Positions 1 through 8,450 are shown, counted from the first letter of the stretch. The stretch is DNA of 64,000 nucleotides from an uncultured Bacillota bacterium (GCA_963823655.1 CAWGMK010000007.1:22831-86830); one strand, 5' to 3'. Numbers and translations: made by a program. Notes: generated by a model not told the origin, from the sequence alone.

Positions 1-10
1 TCTTGCCATA

Positions 11-265
11 ATGGGGAGCTATATTTCCTCAGCACAGGACAATACAATTGAATACCCCAATCCATTCAATAGTCCATTACTGGGGACAGTTATATATTTG
101 TCGTTCGCCGTCTTGTTCGGTGCAGCTGTCACTGGGTTAATTGCTGTTATCAAAGAAAAGGAGCGCTCTATTCTCGTTTACTTCATTATTCCGACCGGTA
201 TAGTAGTCACTTTGTTTGGTTTGATGCTTCTTATCGGAGGACTAATTGGACCGCCAAATCAGTGA
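11..265 (+). CDS. small hypothetical membrane protein (2 predicted TM helices); may be the C-terminal part of a gene starting before the window
   Basis: 84 aa ORF with two hydrophobic stretches (LLGTVIYLSFAVLFGAAVTGLIAVI, ILVYFIIPTGIVVTLFGLMLLIGGLI). No recognisable family. Confidence 0.3.
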   Translation: MGSYISSAQDNTIEYPNPFNSPLLGTVIYLSFAVLFGAAVTGLIAVIKEKERSILVYFIIPTGIVVTLFGLMLLIGGLIGPPNQ

Positions 266-502
266 ATGTATCTGTCTTATCAATGCGTTGGATCAAGTTA
301 TCGCTGGAATACTCAATGGAGTCTTGAACTTGTGTGTTCACTAAGGCTTATTGCAAGTTCAAGGCAAGCATTAAAAATTCTTAATGCTTGCCCACATCAG
401 TTGCCTCATGTCTTAAATCATTTTCACAGACCATGCTGCGTGTTCCTGCCTCTCCTGTCACTGCTGTTTTGTGCATCAAAACGCTCCAGTGTTATCCCTA
501 TG

Positions 503-2149
503 CTACTGCGGTATTTTGAAACTGTATCCGCATATAGTGCAGGTATAGGTGGTATATCCGCCTTCTGTGAAGCTAGGAGGAGTCACAACACTGATGAACG
601 TGCAGGCTTCGACTTCCCTATGGCTTGTGTTGTTTGAGCAGATCCGGCTGTGTGTACTCCTTTGATCTGATGATGCAGCGTCATGTGACCAGTCGCTCCA
701 AGCGTGCCCCAACGCTTCCGAGGTATCCATATAGCTGTATTTACACCTCGAGCAAGTATGTATGGTATATCCGCCTTCAGTGCAGGTCGGTGGGGTCACT
801 AAGCTGTTGAACGTGCAGCTTTCCGTTTCCTTGTGATTCGCGTTACGGTAGCAGATTCGACTGTGAGTGCTAGCAGAGCCAGCCGTAGCAGCATCATGCG
901 CCCAGTTTCTCCAAGCATGCCCCAATGCTGCAGTCGAAGCGTCTTTGTAACTGTATCCGCATCCTGTGCAGGTATGGGTGGTATATCCCTTTTCTGTACA
1001 GGTCGGCGGAGTCACAACGCTGCTGAATGTACAGACTCTCAATTCTCTGTGACTTGTGTTGCGCGAGCAGATTTGGCTGTGGGTGCTCCTTCTGCCAAAT
1101 GATGAGCCAACATGGACCCAGGCACTCCAGCTGTGCCCTAAAGCTGCAACCGGGGTATCTGCATATGTGTATCCGCATACTGTGCAGGTATGGGTGGTGT
1201 AGCCGCCTTTAATGCAAGCCGGCGGGGTCACAACGCTGTTGAAAGCGCAGCCTTCGGTTTCCGTATGGCTTTGATTATTGGCGCAGACCCTGCTGTGAGT
1301 GCTCGTTTCGCCTGATGCACTGTCATGTGTCCATGCGCTCCAGCTGTGCCCCAATGCTGCAACTTGGTTATCCGTATAATTGTATCCGCATATCGTGCAG
1401 GTATGAGTAGTATATCCGCTTTCGGTGCAAGTCGGCTGAATTACAGCGTTGTTGAAAGTGCAGCCAACCGTCTCCGTGTGATTTGTGTCACGGGAGCAGG
1501 TCCGGCTATGGGTGCTCGTCACGCCTGTCGTTGCAATGTCATGGGCCCAATTGCCCCAGATATGCCCCAATGCACTAACAATATTGTCATCATAATAGTA
1601 TCCACATCCTGCCGTGCAAGTGTGACGTGTATATCCTCCCTGCGTACAGGTTGGCGGAACGACAGCTGTCACTGCCATGGTATGGGCTTCAACATTATTT
1701 GTCAGACCGCAAACGCAGGCATGCCAGTGATTTGTGCCATTGTATGCCCAATTAGCATATTCATGTTCAATATTCAGCGTATAGCTAAAAGAATTGGCGT
1801 CAATGTATGGCCAATCCACCCCGCTTGATACAAGCCTGGCAAGAAATAGGCTATAGTAATGTCCACTTTCAGGGAGATTTCTAACGAGATAAGGAGGATC
1901 CGTGAATGTGTAACCAGGGTTTATTGTGGCATACCACTGACTCCATGTCATTGGGCTGCTATATTGCATTTTTACATGTGTGTTTGGGTCAATCCCATCC
2001 ACAGTAAAAAGGACCGATACGTTCTCACCGTGTTTAACGGGGCTAGGATCCTGCACGAATGTAACAGTATATGCCGCTGCAGCGGCAGGCATGAGCAGGA
2101 TACACGCCATAAGCAAGCCGACCACGAGAAGCGGTGATCTTTTTTGCAT
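503..2149 (-). CDS. secreted Cys/His-rich tandem-repeat protein (signal peptide + N-terminal domain + about six ~72 aa repeats)
   Basis: 548 aa ORF. N-terminal signal peptide MQKRSPLLVVGLLMACILLMPAAAAAY. About six tandem repeats with the pattern ALGHxWxxWxHDxAxxGxxSTHSRxCxxNxxHxExxxCxFNxVVTPPTCTExGYTTHTCTxCGYxY, roughly 6 Cys and 8 His per repeat. No family recognised. Confidence 0.6.
   Translation of the reverse strand: MQKRSPLLVVGLLMACILLMPAAAAAYTVTFVQDPSPVKHGENVSVLFTVDGIDPNTHVKMQYSSPMTWSQWYATINPGYTFTDPPYLVRNLPESGHYYSLFLARLVSSGVDWPYIDANSFSYTLNIEHEYANWAYNGTNHWHACVCGLTNNVEAHTMAVTAVVPPTCTQGGYTRHTCTAGCGYYYDDNIVSALGHIWGNWAHDIATTGVTSTHSRTCSRDTNHTETVGCTFNNAVIQPTCTESGYTTHTCTICGYNYTDNQVAALGHSWSAWTHDSASGETSTHSRVCANNQSHTETEGCAFNSVVTPPACIKGGYTTHTCTVCGYTYADTPVAALGHSWSAWVHVGSSFGRRSTHSQICSRNTSHRELRVCTFSSVVTPPTCTEKGYTTHTCTGCGYSYKDASTAALGHAWRNWAHDAATAGSASTHSRICYRNANHKETESCTFNSLVTPPTCTEGGYTIHTCSRCKYSYMDTSEALGHAWSDWSHDAASSDQRSTHSRICSNNTSHREVEACTFISVVTPPSFTEGGYTTYTCTICGYSFKIPQ
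506..1672 (-). repeat. in-frame tandem DNA repeats (period about 216 bp) encoding the Cys/His-rich repeat units
   Basis: Repeated nucleotide blocks are visible across 520-1670, for example recurring ...cagtcggtggggtcacaa.../...caggtcggcggagtcacaacgctg... segments, mirroring the protein repeats. Confidence 0.6.
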
Positions 2150-2750
2150 AACCTATCTCCACCTTTCTATAAAAGTCATTCATGCACAATAACAGCAATA
2201 CGTTAATACGAATCAATGATTGGTCAGCCTAGCTGAAACCAACCTGAAGAATAGTTCTTGTTTTCTTATTGATCCTTTTTCTCATATCCCTTATCAACAT
2301 CACGAGGTGAAGATATTATGCAAATATGATAGATTGTGAAGAGCTGCCGCAATTGCCTCAACTGAATGTCATCGCTAATTGCTGCTGTAATATTCGTCAT
2401 TAATATCTGAAATCATTCTGATAATTCTGAAAATGTTTTAATGCCGGAATTTTTCAATTTGAGTCTTTATCGAAATTTGATAGCAGCCAAGAATGTCTGA
2501 TCTGATGTTTTCATTACGCGATGTATAAAATAATTCTGTAAGAGTCTGGTAGTTTTTAACCCTATTGGCTTCGGCGGTGATATTCAATTTGTTTCTGTTC
2601 GTGAGATCCATTCTTGTATCTCTTGAGACCATACATTCCGGCTACTTAACAGTATTCAAATCCTAATGCTTGCACCCTTCTTGATAAATGCATTTTTATA
2701 TTCACGTTCGCTTGTCTAGGTAAAGGCGAATAAGAGGGCGCTTTTTGCTT

Positions 2751-2847
2751 TGCTTGACCGTTTGCTTGACCACTAGCCTACAATGCAAAACAAAACCGCC
2801 AGCATACTGGCGGTATCTAGCTCTATTGATGCCGAAGGCGGGATTCA
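2751..2847. repeat. about 95 bp intergenic repeat element, copy A: tandem GCTTGACC(N5)GCTTGACC + CACTAG + conserved hairpin ACCGCCAGCATACTGGCGGT + GGCGGGATTC
   Basis: About 90% identical to copy C at 5485-5580. The hairpin is followed by TTTGTTTTG on the minus strand (terminator-like). On the plus strand there is a TTGACC-N19-TACAAT promoter-like arrangement. Confidence 0.7.
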
Positions 2848-2968
2848 AATGACTTCAATCCTTTGTATCCATCTAGTATCCCTAATTCCATACAGTCCAG
2901 CTATTTGACCCCTATTTGAATCCTACTACGTCCATTTAGTTCATATAATCCACTGGGTATCACCACGT

Positions 2969-3013
2969 CTGCTTGACCGTTTGCTTGACCACTAGATCCA
3001 GCACTCCTGCTGG
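2969..3013. repeat. partial third copy of the repeat element (CTGCTTGACCGTTTGCTTGACCACTAG) followed by a different hairpin, CCAGCACTCCTGCTGG
   Basis: Exact 27 bp match to the 5' part of copies A and C; the sequence diverges after CACTAG. Confidence 0.65.
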
Positions 3014-3124
3014 CTTGCTTAGGAGGTGTTCGATCATTAATCTTGCAATATCTATGGAAGCTGCCGTTATAGCTTTCGTTTTGCTTGATCAAATGCGAAT
3101 TCTCCTAGGATCCCTATCTCATCA

Positions 3125-3934
3125 TTACCCCATAGTTGAAGCATAGGATTTTATACTCCATGCTTCACATATTTTGACTACATCCTGCTCGTTAGGCGCC
3201 CAGACCTCATCTGTTTTGCTGTACCCAATTTCCTTTTCAATGCGGCTTATACGACCCTTATCTCTCATCCTTTGGCCCGTTTCGCCCAAGTATGCAAAGG
3301 ACCTCTTTATATTTCCAGCGCTTGCTTTCATCCATTGGTGATATTCGACGATCCTATTTGTGCTATAGGCATGTGCTTCACTAAACTCTAGGCTTAGGGT
3401 CCTTATCAGGTCTTCTACATCATAATAGCAAAGGGCAAATGCTTGAAATGATGCTATGATAGTCCACTTGTTAACGCAAGGTAGTATTAAGGCGTAATCA
3501 ATTGCATGATTACCGAATACCTCCTCTAAGCCATATTGGCATTGGACGCTCTTCACATCCCCTTTCAAGAGGATGCGTGCTAGTTTATCGTTGTCAGCAT
3601 CCTTTACGGCCAACCAACTGGATTTATAGGGTAATCCGATATCCCTTAATTCAATCGATTTGCAATAAGAATCGGTAGTAGATATTGCTATAGAACGCTC
3701 TAGCGCTTCTACTACTTCAGTCGGATTGCTTATATCGCAAACAATCGGTTGAAGGTATAGATAGTAGTTGTTCTGCTTCTTCGTTGGCCAAAATGTTATT
3801 GAATTTCCTGATAGTTTAACATGCACATACTTCTTACCACGTTCCGCATTAGCCTCGCCTTTGACTTCATAGAAAATCTCAACAGGACTTTCAGTGTCCC
3901 AATATGCTGCCTTGACATACGGCAACCTATCCAT
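3125..3934 (-). CDS. hypothetical protein (269 aa), low-GC island
   Basis: Long ORF in AT-rich DNA with no recognisable motif. Overlaps the upstream 60 aa ORF by 8 nt, so the two are either an operon or one gene split by a frameshift. Confidence 0.5.
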   Translation of the reverse strand: MDRLPYVKAAYWDTESPVEIFYEVKGEANAERGKKYVHVKLSGNSITFWPTKKQNNYYLYLQPIVCDISNPTEVVEALERSIAISTTDSYCKSIELRDIGLPYKSSWLAVKDADNDKLARILLKGDVKSVQCQYGLEEVFGNHAIDYALILPCVNKWTIIASFQAFALCYYDVEDLIRTLSLEFSEAHAYSTNRIVEYHQWMKASAGNIKRSFAYLGETGQRMRDKGRISRIEKEIGYSKTDEVWAPNEQDVVKICEAWSIKSYASTMG

Positions 3935-4109
3935 ACTCGTGTCTGGCTACATCGAAGAAGGCACTGATGATTTCTTCGTCGGTGAAGTTCGGTTCTATTC
4001 GAATTATTGGCAGGGTTGGTAGTATCTCATTATCTTTCGTTTGCTTTAACGTTACGATGATGCTTTGACCATCTGCCGTGTTGTAGCAAATCTCAAATTT
4101 CCCTTCCAT
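3927..4109 (-). CDS. hypothetical small protein (60 aa), possibly the N-terminal fragment of the 269 aa protein
   Basis: 8 nt overlap with the start of the downstream ORF. No family recognised. Confidence 0.35.
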   Translation of the reverse strand: MEGKFEICYNTADGQSIIVTLKQTKDNEILPTLPIIRIEPNFTDEEIISAFFDVARHEYG

Positions 4110-4202
4110 TTCGATCTCCTATTTGGGCAATACTGATAAGCCCCAAGATATGGTACCAGTTCTCCGGGTGAAGGTCAAAGTTTTCGATTGCTTCAAGTCG
4201 GT

Positions 4203-4499
4203 CTATAGAACATCTACCGGTATGTATTGGATGCCAACGATGCCCTCCTTAATAAGTGCATCGACAACCGGTTTCTTAACAACCACCATTCTCCCATGAA
4301 GTCTCTCTTGGGTAAGGTTGAAATCCTTCGTAGCCACAATTCCTGTTTTCGAGAAACCTATAGTCTTATACGTCCAGTAATCGGTCGTTCCTATAATACC
4401 GCAGCTGCAATTTCTTCTTCTCTCTTCTGGCAATATATTGGCCAGGTTGGTACATAATGTTTGAAAGCTTCTTGACACTGCCCTTGTTTCGACATTCAT
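4203..4499 (-). CDS. hypothetical protein (98 aa), low-GC island
   Basis: ORF flanked by the 13 bp direct repeat TCGGTCTATAGAA (about 4199 and 4514). No family recognised. Confidence 0.35.
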   Translation of the reverse strand: MNVETRAVSRSFQTLCTNLANILPEERRRNCSCGIIGTTDYWTYKTIGFSKTGIVATKDFNLTQERLHGRMVVVKKPVVDALIKEGIVGIQYIPVDVL

Positions 4500-4970
4500 T
4501 TATAAAAAAGCGGTACTCGGTCTATAGAAAAGTCAAGAGGACAACTATAGCTATGTTTGCAATGGTTTTTATGATAAACATGATTTCTTCGACTCGTACT
4601 CTGCTAATCTCAAGTTCATCAGCTATCTTAGTAATATACGGTTTATGCTCAGTGTATTTCCATTTGGTCCATATTAAATCCTTAAATCTCTTGCCGTTAA
4701 ACCAATTGATATAGCTAAAATCAATACTTTGAAAATAAAAGCTGCGGGCCTGTCATCATTCCATTTCCATATGGCAAGAATATACCCTGTAGATAGGAGA
4801 TACTATTCCCGTCCATGCTGATATGGTTCTTTTCATTCCTGAGTTCTTCCTATTAAAGAACCATTTGTTTAGAACCAAATCATTGCGGCTTTCATTATCA
4901 TCATAAGTTATCCTCATCAACCTAAAAAACCCGAACTCGCTACTTAGGATTAGGAAGATACCCATGGAAT

Positions 4971-5306
4971 TTATTGTATCCTTGCAGCCCAAAATCCTAG
5001 TGACAAAAAACTTACAACTAATATGAAGGATGCGACAACATTAAACGACAAGTAATCAGAATATACAAATTCCTTTCCAGTTAGTTCGCCTATCTTTAAC
5101 CCGGCTTCGTAATTGTTACATGTAGCTGCTCTTTCATACCATTCAATACCTATCCCTATATGCATTAGTCGTTCTGTCATTACCTGGAAGTGGTAAGAGA
5201 TATAGTAATCGCCAAGCTCCTCCATGCTTTGAGGGTCGCCACTCTGAGCTTCTCGAATTAATTCTTGAAGCGCCTTTTGTTCATCCTCTTCAACGTTCTT
5301 GTGCAT
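4971..5306 (-). CDS. Sel1/TPR-like repeat protein with C-terminal transmembrane anchor
   Basis: GDPQSMEELGDYY...GIGIEWYERAA...YEAGLKIGEL resembles Sel1-like repeats. The C-terminal VVASFILVVSFLSLGFWAA stretch is hydrophobic. Confidence 0.4.
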   Translation of the reverse strand: MHKNVEEDEQKALQELIREAQSGDPQSMEELGDYYISYHFQVMTERLMHIGIGIEWYERAATCNNYEAGLKIGELTGKEFVYSDYLSFNVVASFILVVSFLSLGFWAARIQ

Positions 5307-5484
5307 TCCATGACCCCCAGATTCAATACAGGTTTTGGATAAGTACTCAATATACCTTCTTGAGCAATCTGCCGCTTCCTTCCAATACTAGTGTTTATTG
5401 TTTTATCCAATCGAGTTTTCTTCATCCATTGAGTCGAATTCTGCCGGCAAAATATACGGCAATTAGAGGGGGGTTTTTATACTC

Positions 5485-5580
5485 TGCTTGACCGTTTGCT
5501 TGACCACTAGCCTATATGCAAAACAATACCGCCAGCGTACTGGCGGTATGAAACCCCATTGATGTTAATGGCGGGATTCT
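5485..5580. repeat. about 95 bp intergenic repeat element, copy C (direct repeat of 2751-2847)
   Basis: CTGCTTGACCGTTTGCTTGACCACTAGCCTATATGCAAAACAATACCGCCAGCGTACTGGCGGTAT...GGCGGGATTC. The hairpin has a compensatory loop change (cata to cgta). It lies about 100 bp downstream of the minus-strand gene 5658-6443, consistent with that gene's terminator. Confidence 0.7.
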
Positions 5581-5657
5581 GCAACAAATCTCTCGCTGCA
5601 TATATAAGCTTTCTAATACCCAGTAAAAAGATACCAACCAAACGCATTCTTATAGGT

Positions 5658-6443
5658 TTATTTCGGCTGCATTACTCCGGCGAACACAAGCCATGCAAGG
5701 ACAGATTTTGCAACCAGACTCAAAACTATATAGGCGCGTTCACCATAGAGATAATCGGCCCATCTGCCTATCTTCTTGTATTGAAGGACCATATTGATTG
5801 GGAACAGGTTGAAGAAGACGAAGTATGATCCCACTATTGCGTAGGCAAACCACGGGACCTTTGACAAGTCCGAGTTGCCGAAAGCGTGAAGGAATACTAC
5901 TACCCAAGGGCCTATTCCTGCAATTGAGCCAAATACAAATGGACTCCAGTCGGTTTTCTTCTTAAATTGGTTGAGCTCTTCCATCAACAGGCCGAAGAGG
6001 TTCATCGAGGCGTTTACAAGGAATATGAGCAGGAGCGCGCCGACGTCATACACTCCGAAGAGCTGGGCGATGAGCAAAATCATAAGAGACGAGCTTAGAG
6101 CATACTCGAACCATCTAAATCTGTTTATGCCCTTCTCCAAACCCTTGTTGTATTCCTTATTGCCCCAAGGGGAGACAATTATGAAATGGGCGAGCGCCGA
6201 AAGAAGCAGGAAGCAGGCAACCAGCGCCGCGAAAGGAAGGTCCGCAATCTTCTTCGAATTGGTCACAAGCCTCATAAGCGTAGTATCGAAGGTTAGAAAA
6301 TTGGACCAGACCGGTAACTTGAAGCTGGAGAACTTATCCACCAGGAGCGCAAGCGACAACATCGCTGCTCCTTGAATGAAGTGCAGGAAACCCATGAAAA
6401 GGTTGAATTTCTTAAGGGAGGAAAGCTCGGTTTCTCTATACAT
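5658..6443 (-). CDS. heliorhodopsin-like 7TM protein (putative retinal-binding)
   Basis: 261 aa, about 7 hydrophobic helices. Contains FRWFEYALSSSLMILLIAQ, VNASMNLFG and GERAYIVLSLVAKSVLAW. The Lys in VAKS is at the position of the Schiff-base Lys in heliorhodopsins, and the sequence resembles heliorhodopsin 48C12 as I recall it. Confidence 0.6.
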   Translation of the reverse strand: MYRETELSSLKKFNLFMGFLHFIQGAAMLSLALLVDKFSSFKLPVWSNFLTFDTTLMRLVTNSKKIADLPFAALVACFLLLSALAHFIIVSPWGNKEYNKGLEKGINRFRWFEYALSSSLMILLIAQLFGVYDVGALLLIFLVNASMNLFGLLMEELNQFKKKTDWSPFVFGSIAGIGPWVVVFLHAFGNSDLSKVPWFAYAIVGSYFVFFNLFPINMVLQYKKIGRWADYLYGERAYIVLSLVAKSVLAWLVFAGVMQPK

Positions 6444-6508
6444 TTTTGCATACTCCTTTTTAGTTAATTCGTACGTGCCTTACAGCCATTTGCCTGATTG
6501 GAAAGACG

Positions 6509-7483
6509 CTACAAGGCTTCCGAAATCACCCGAAGCGCGTTCTTATAAGCTACCTTCTCGATCACTTCGCTGCTTAGCCCGTCTTTCTGAAGCTTATCGA
6601 AGAGAAGTCCCATCTTTGAGCTGTCCGATACTTCTATGTTGCCATCTATCCCGTCGAAATCGGATCCTAGAGCCGCAATATCAGTTCCTCCCACATCAAT
6701 CATGTGCCTAACATGGGCTGACATCATTTCCAAAGTGCTCTCTTTACCGGCAGCATCCGGGCTGAGGAATATCGGCGCGAAATTGAGCCCTGCAACACCG
6801 CCGTGGTCGGCAAGGACCTTTATCATGTTATCGGTCAAATTCCTTCGATGCGGGCTGAGGGCCCTGCAATTGGAGTGCGATGCTATGAAAGGCTTCTTCG
6901 AAATTTCTGCTACATCGCTGAAACCGCCGTCAGAAAGGTGTGAGACATCCACAAGCATCCCTATGGAGTTCATGTACTCTATTGCGGCTTTCCCGAAGGG
7001 CTTCAACCCTTTTTGCATGATTTCGGCGTCTTTCGAGTTGGGATATCCGAAGCAGTTCTCATAGTTCCACGTAAGAGAAATCAACCTCACTCCGGCTTCA
7101 TAGTAACGTTCAATATTCTCAAGCTTGCCCTCTACGCTCCTGCCATCTTCAATTGTCAGAAATGCGGACATCTTACCTTTGCTCTCATTTTCCAGCATCT
7201 CGGAAGCATTGCCGGCGAAGCTAATGATATCGGCATATTTCTCCAGATTCATCTTGAACGTCGTGCTAAGCTGCCCGATATATTCTTCATCGGATACAAA
7301 TTCAACGTTAGGAGCGTGTTTAGCAATCTCCGGCGAGAGCATGTACATCGCGAAAAACTGGGCAAGCTGCCCTCCTTGCTTCATCCGCGCGAAATCGACC
7401 ATGCCGTCCATCTCGTACATATCCTGCTTCTTGAACAGGAATGTCCTCATTAATGTATCGCAGTGCAGGTCTATGAATTTCAT
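6509..7483 (-). CDS. membrane dipeptidase, peptidase family M19
   Basis: Motifs IDLHCDTL, LTWN, VDVSHLSD and ASHSNCRAL are typical of renal-dipeptidase-family enzymes. Confidence 0.85.
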   Translation of the reverse strand: MKFIDLHCDTLMRTFLFKKQDMYEMDGMVDFARMKQGGQLAQFFAMYMLSPEIAKHAPNVEFVSDEEYIGQLSTTFKMNLEKYADIISFAGNASEMLENESKGKMSAFLTIEDGRSVEGKLENIERYYEAGVRLISLTWNYENCFGYPNSKDAEIMQKGLKPFGKAAIEYMNSIGMLVDVSHLSDGGFSDVAEISKKPFIASHSNCRALSPHRRNLTDNMIKVLADHGGVAGLNFAPIFLSPDAAGKESTLEMMSAHVRHMIDVGGTDIAALGSDFDGIDGNIEVSDSSKMGLLFDKLQKDGLSSEVIEKVAYKNALRVISEAL

Positions 7484-7518
7484 GGCTTGCTCCTTGTCAT
7501 AGATAGCTAATAGTCCTC

Positions 7519-8331
7519 TTATTTATCCCGTCCGGGCCCCATCTTCACGCCACAGATGCTCTCTACTTTGGCAATGGCCTGTCTCGCGCCGTTAACCATA
7601 TGCCCGATCTCGCTTGTAAGGGCGACTAGCTGGAAACCTTGGCCAATCCTCTCAGCTACGATCTCGGGGGATCCCAGGTACATGCCTACCGGAATGTTAT
7701 GGCTCTTGCCTGCAGCAAGCACCTTTTGAACAGCTTCTTCGAACCTGGGGTTCTTGAACTGCCCTGGAATGCCCATCGATGAAGTGAGGTCATAAGGGCC
7801 GATAAATGCTGCTCCGACGCCTTCAACTTGGAGGATCTCTTCGATGTTGTCTATTGATGCCTGCGTTTCGATCTGGACGATGACGAGGATGTTGTCGTTT
7901 GCCTCCCTCATGTACTTGCCTTCGTCCATATCATACCTAGTAGTGCGGCCCCCTCCTACTCCTCTTAGCCCCTTAGGAGGGAACATACAACCTCTTACGG
8001 CCATCTCTGCTTCAGCTTTCGAATTGACCCATGGCACCACGATGCCCATGGCACCCCGATCCAGGGCCAATTTCATAAGCACCGGATCGTTCCACGCAAC
8101 ACGTACGAATGGCACGACATCGGTACGCTCTATTGTCCTTATCATGTTTTCAGCGCCCTCGAAGTTATGGGCGGAATGCTCCATATCGATCACGAGCCAG
8201 TCGAAACCGACGTAACTCATGGCTTCGGCCGAGGAGCACGAGGAGATGCTCAGCCATGTGCCCAAAGTTGGCTTGCCCTGCATCAGTAACGCTTTGACTC
8301 TATTAGCCCTAAACTGACTATTATCTGCCAT
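7519..8331 (-). CDS. HpcH/HpaI family aldolase (2-keto-3-deoxy-acid aldolase / citrate-lyase-beta-like)
   Basis: FDWLVIDMEHS, PFVRV, DRGAMGIVVPWVNSKAEAE and PPKGLRG motifs of the HpcH/HpaI aldolase fold. Confidence 0.8.
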   Translation of the reverse strand: MADNSQFRANRVKALLMQGKPTLGTWLSISSCSSAEAMSYVGFDWLVIDMEHSAHNFEGAENMIRTIERTDVVPFVRVAWNDPVLMKLALDRGAMGIVVPWVNSKAEAEMAVRGCMFPPKGLRGVGGGRTTRYDMDEGKYMREANDNILVIVQIETQASIDNIEEILQVEGVGAAFIGPYDLTSSMGIPGQFKNPRFEEAVQKVLAAGKSHNIPVGMYLGSPEIVAERIGQGFQLVALTSEIGHMVNGARQAIAKVESICGVKMGPGRDK

Positions 8332-8450
8332 TTTATCCTCCTAGAAAATCTGATAAGGTAGCGTTCCCCATACACTTGGGCTACACCTTCTGGTCTGCCT
8401 TGCATATTGTCTGCTCAAACGCTTATCCGCCTTTACTTTTCCGGTTTAGA

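Noticed and set aside
2826-2860. tRNA-like 3' fragment (GGCGGGATTCAAATGAC resembling a T-arm) that might mark a tRNA-targeted integration site
   Set aside because: No acceptor stem, anticodon arm or full cloverleaf could be built, and the second copy reads GGCGGGATTCTGCAAC. This is more likely coincidental.
4457-4714. 85 aa plus-strand ORF in the island
   Set aside because: Overlaps the minus-strand 98 aa ORF and a better minus-strand HTH-like reading frame. Its AT-rich, Ile/Phe/Ser-rich translation looks non-coding.
2751-5580. Possible CRISPR array formed by the three GCTTGACC-containing repeats
   Set aside because: Only three copies, with irregular spacing (about 120 bp and about 2.5 kb), coding ORFs between them, and no cas genes. 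The element is about 95 bp, longer than CRISPR repeats.
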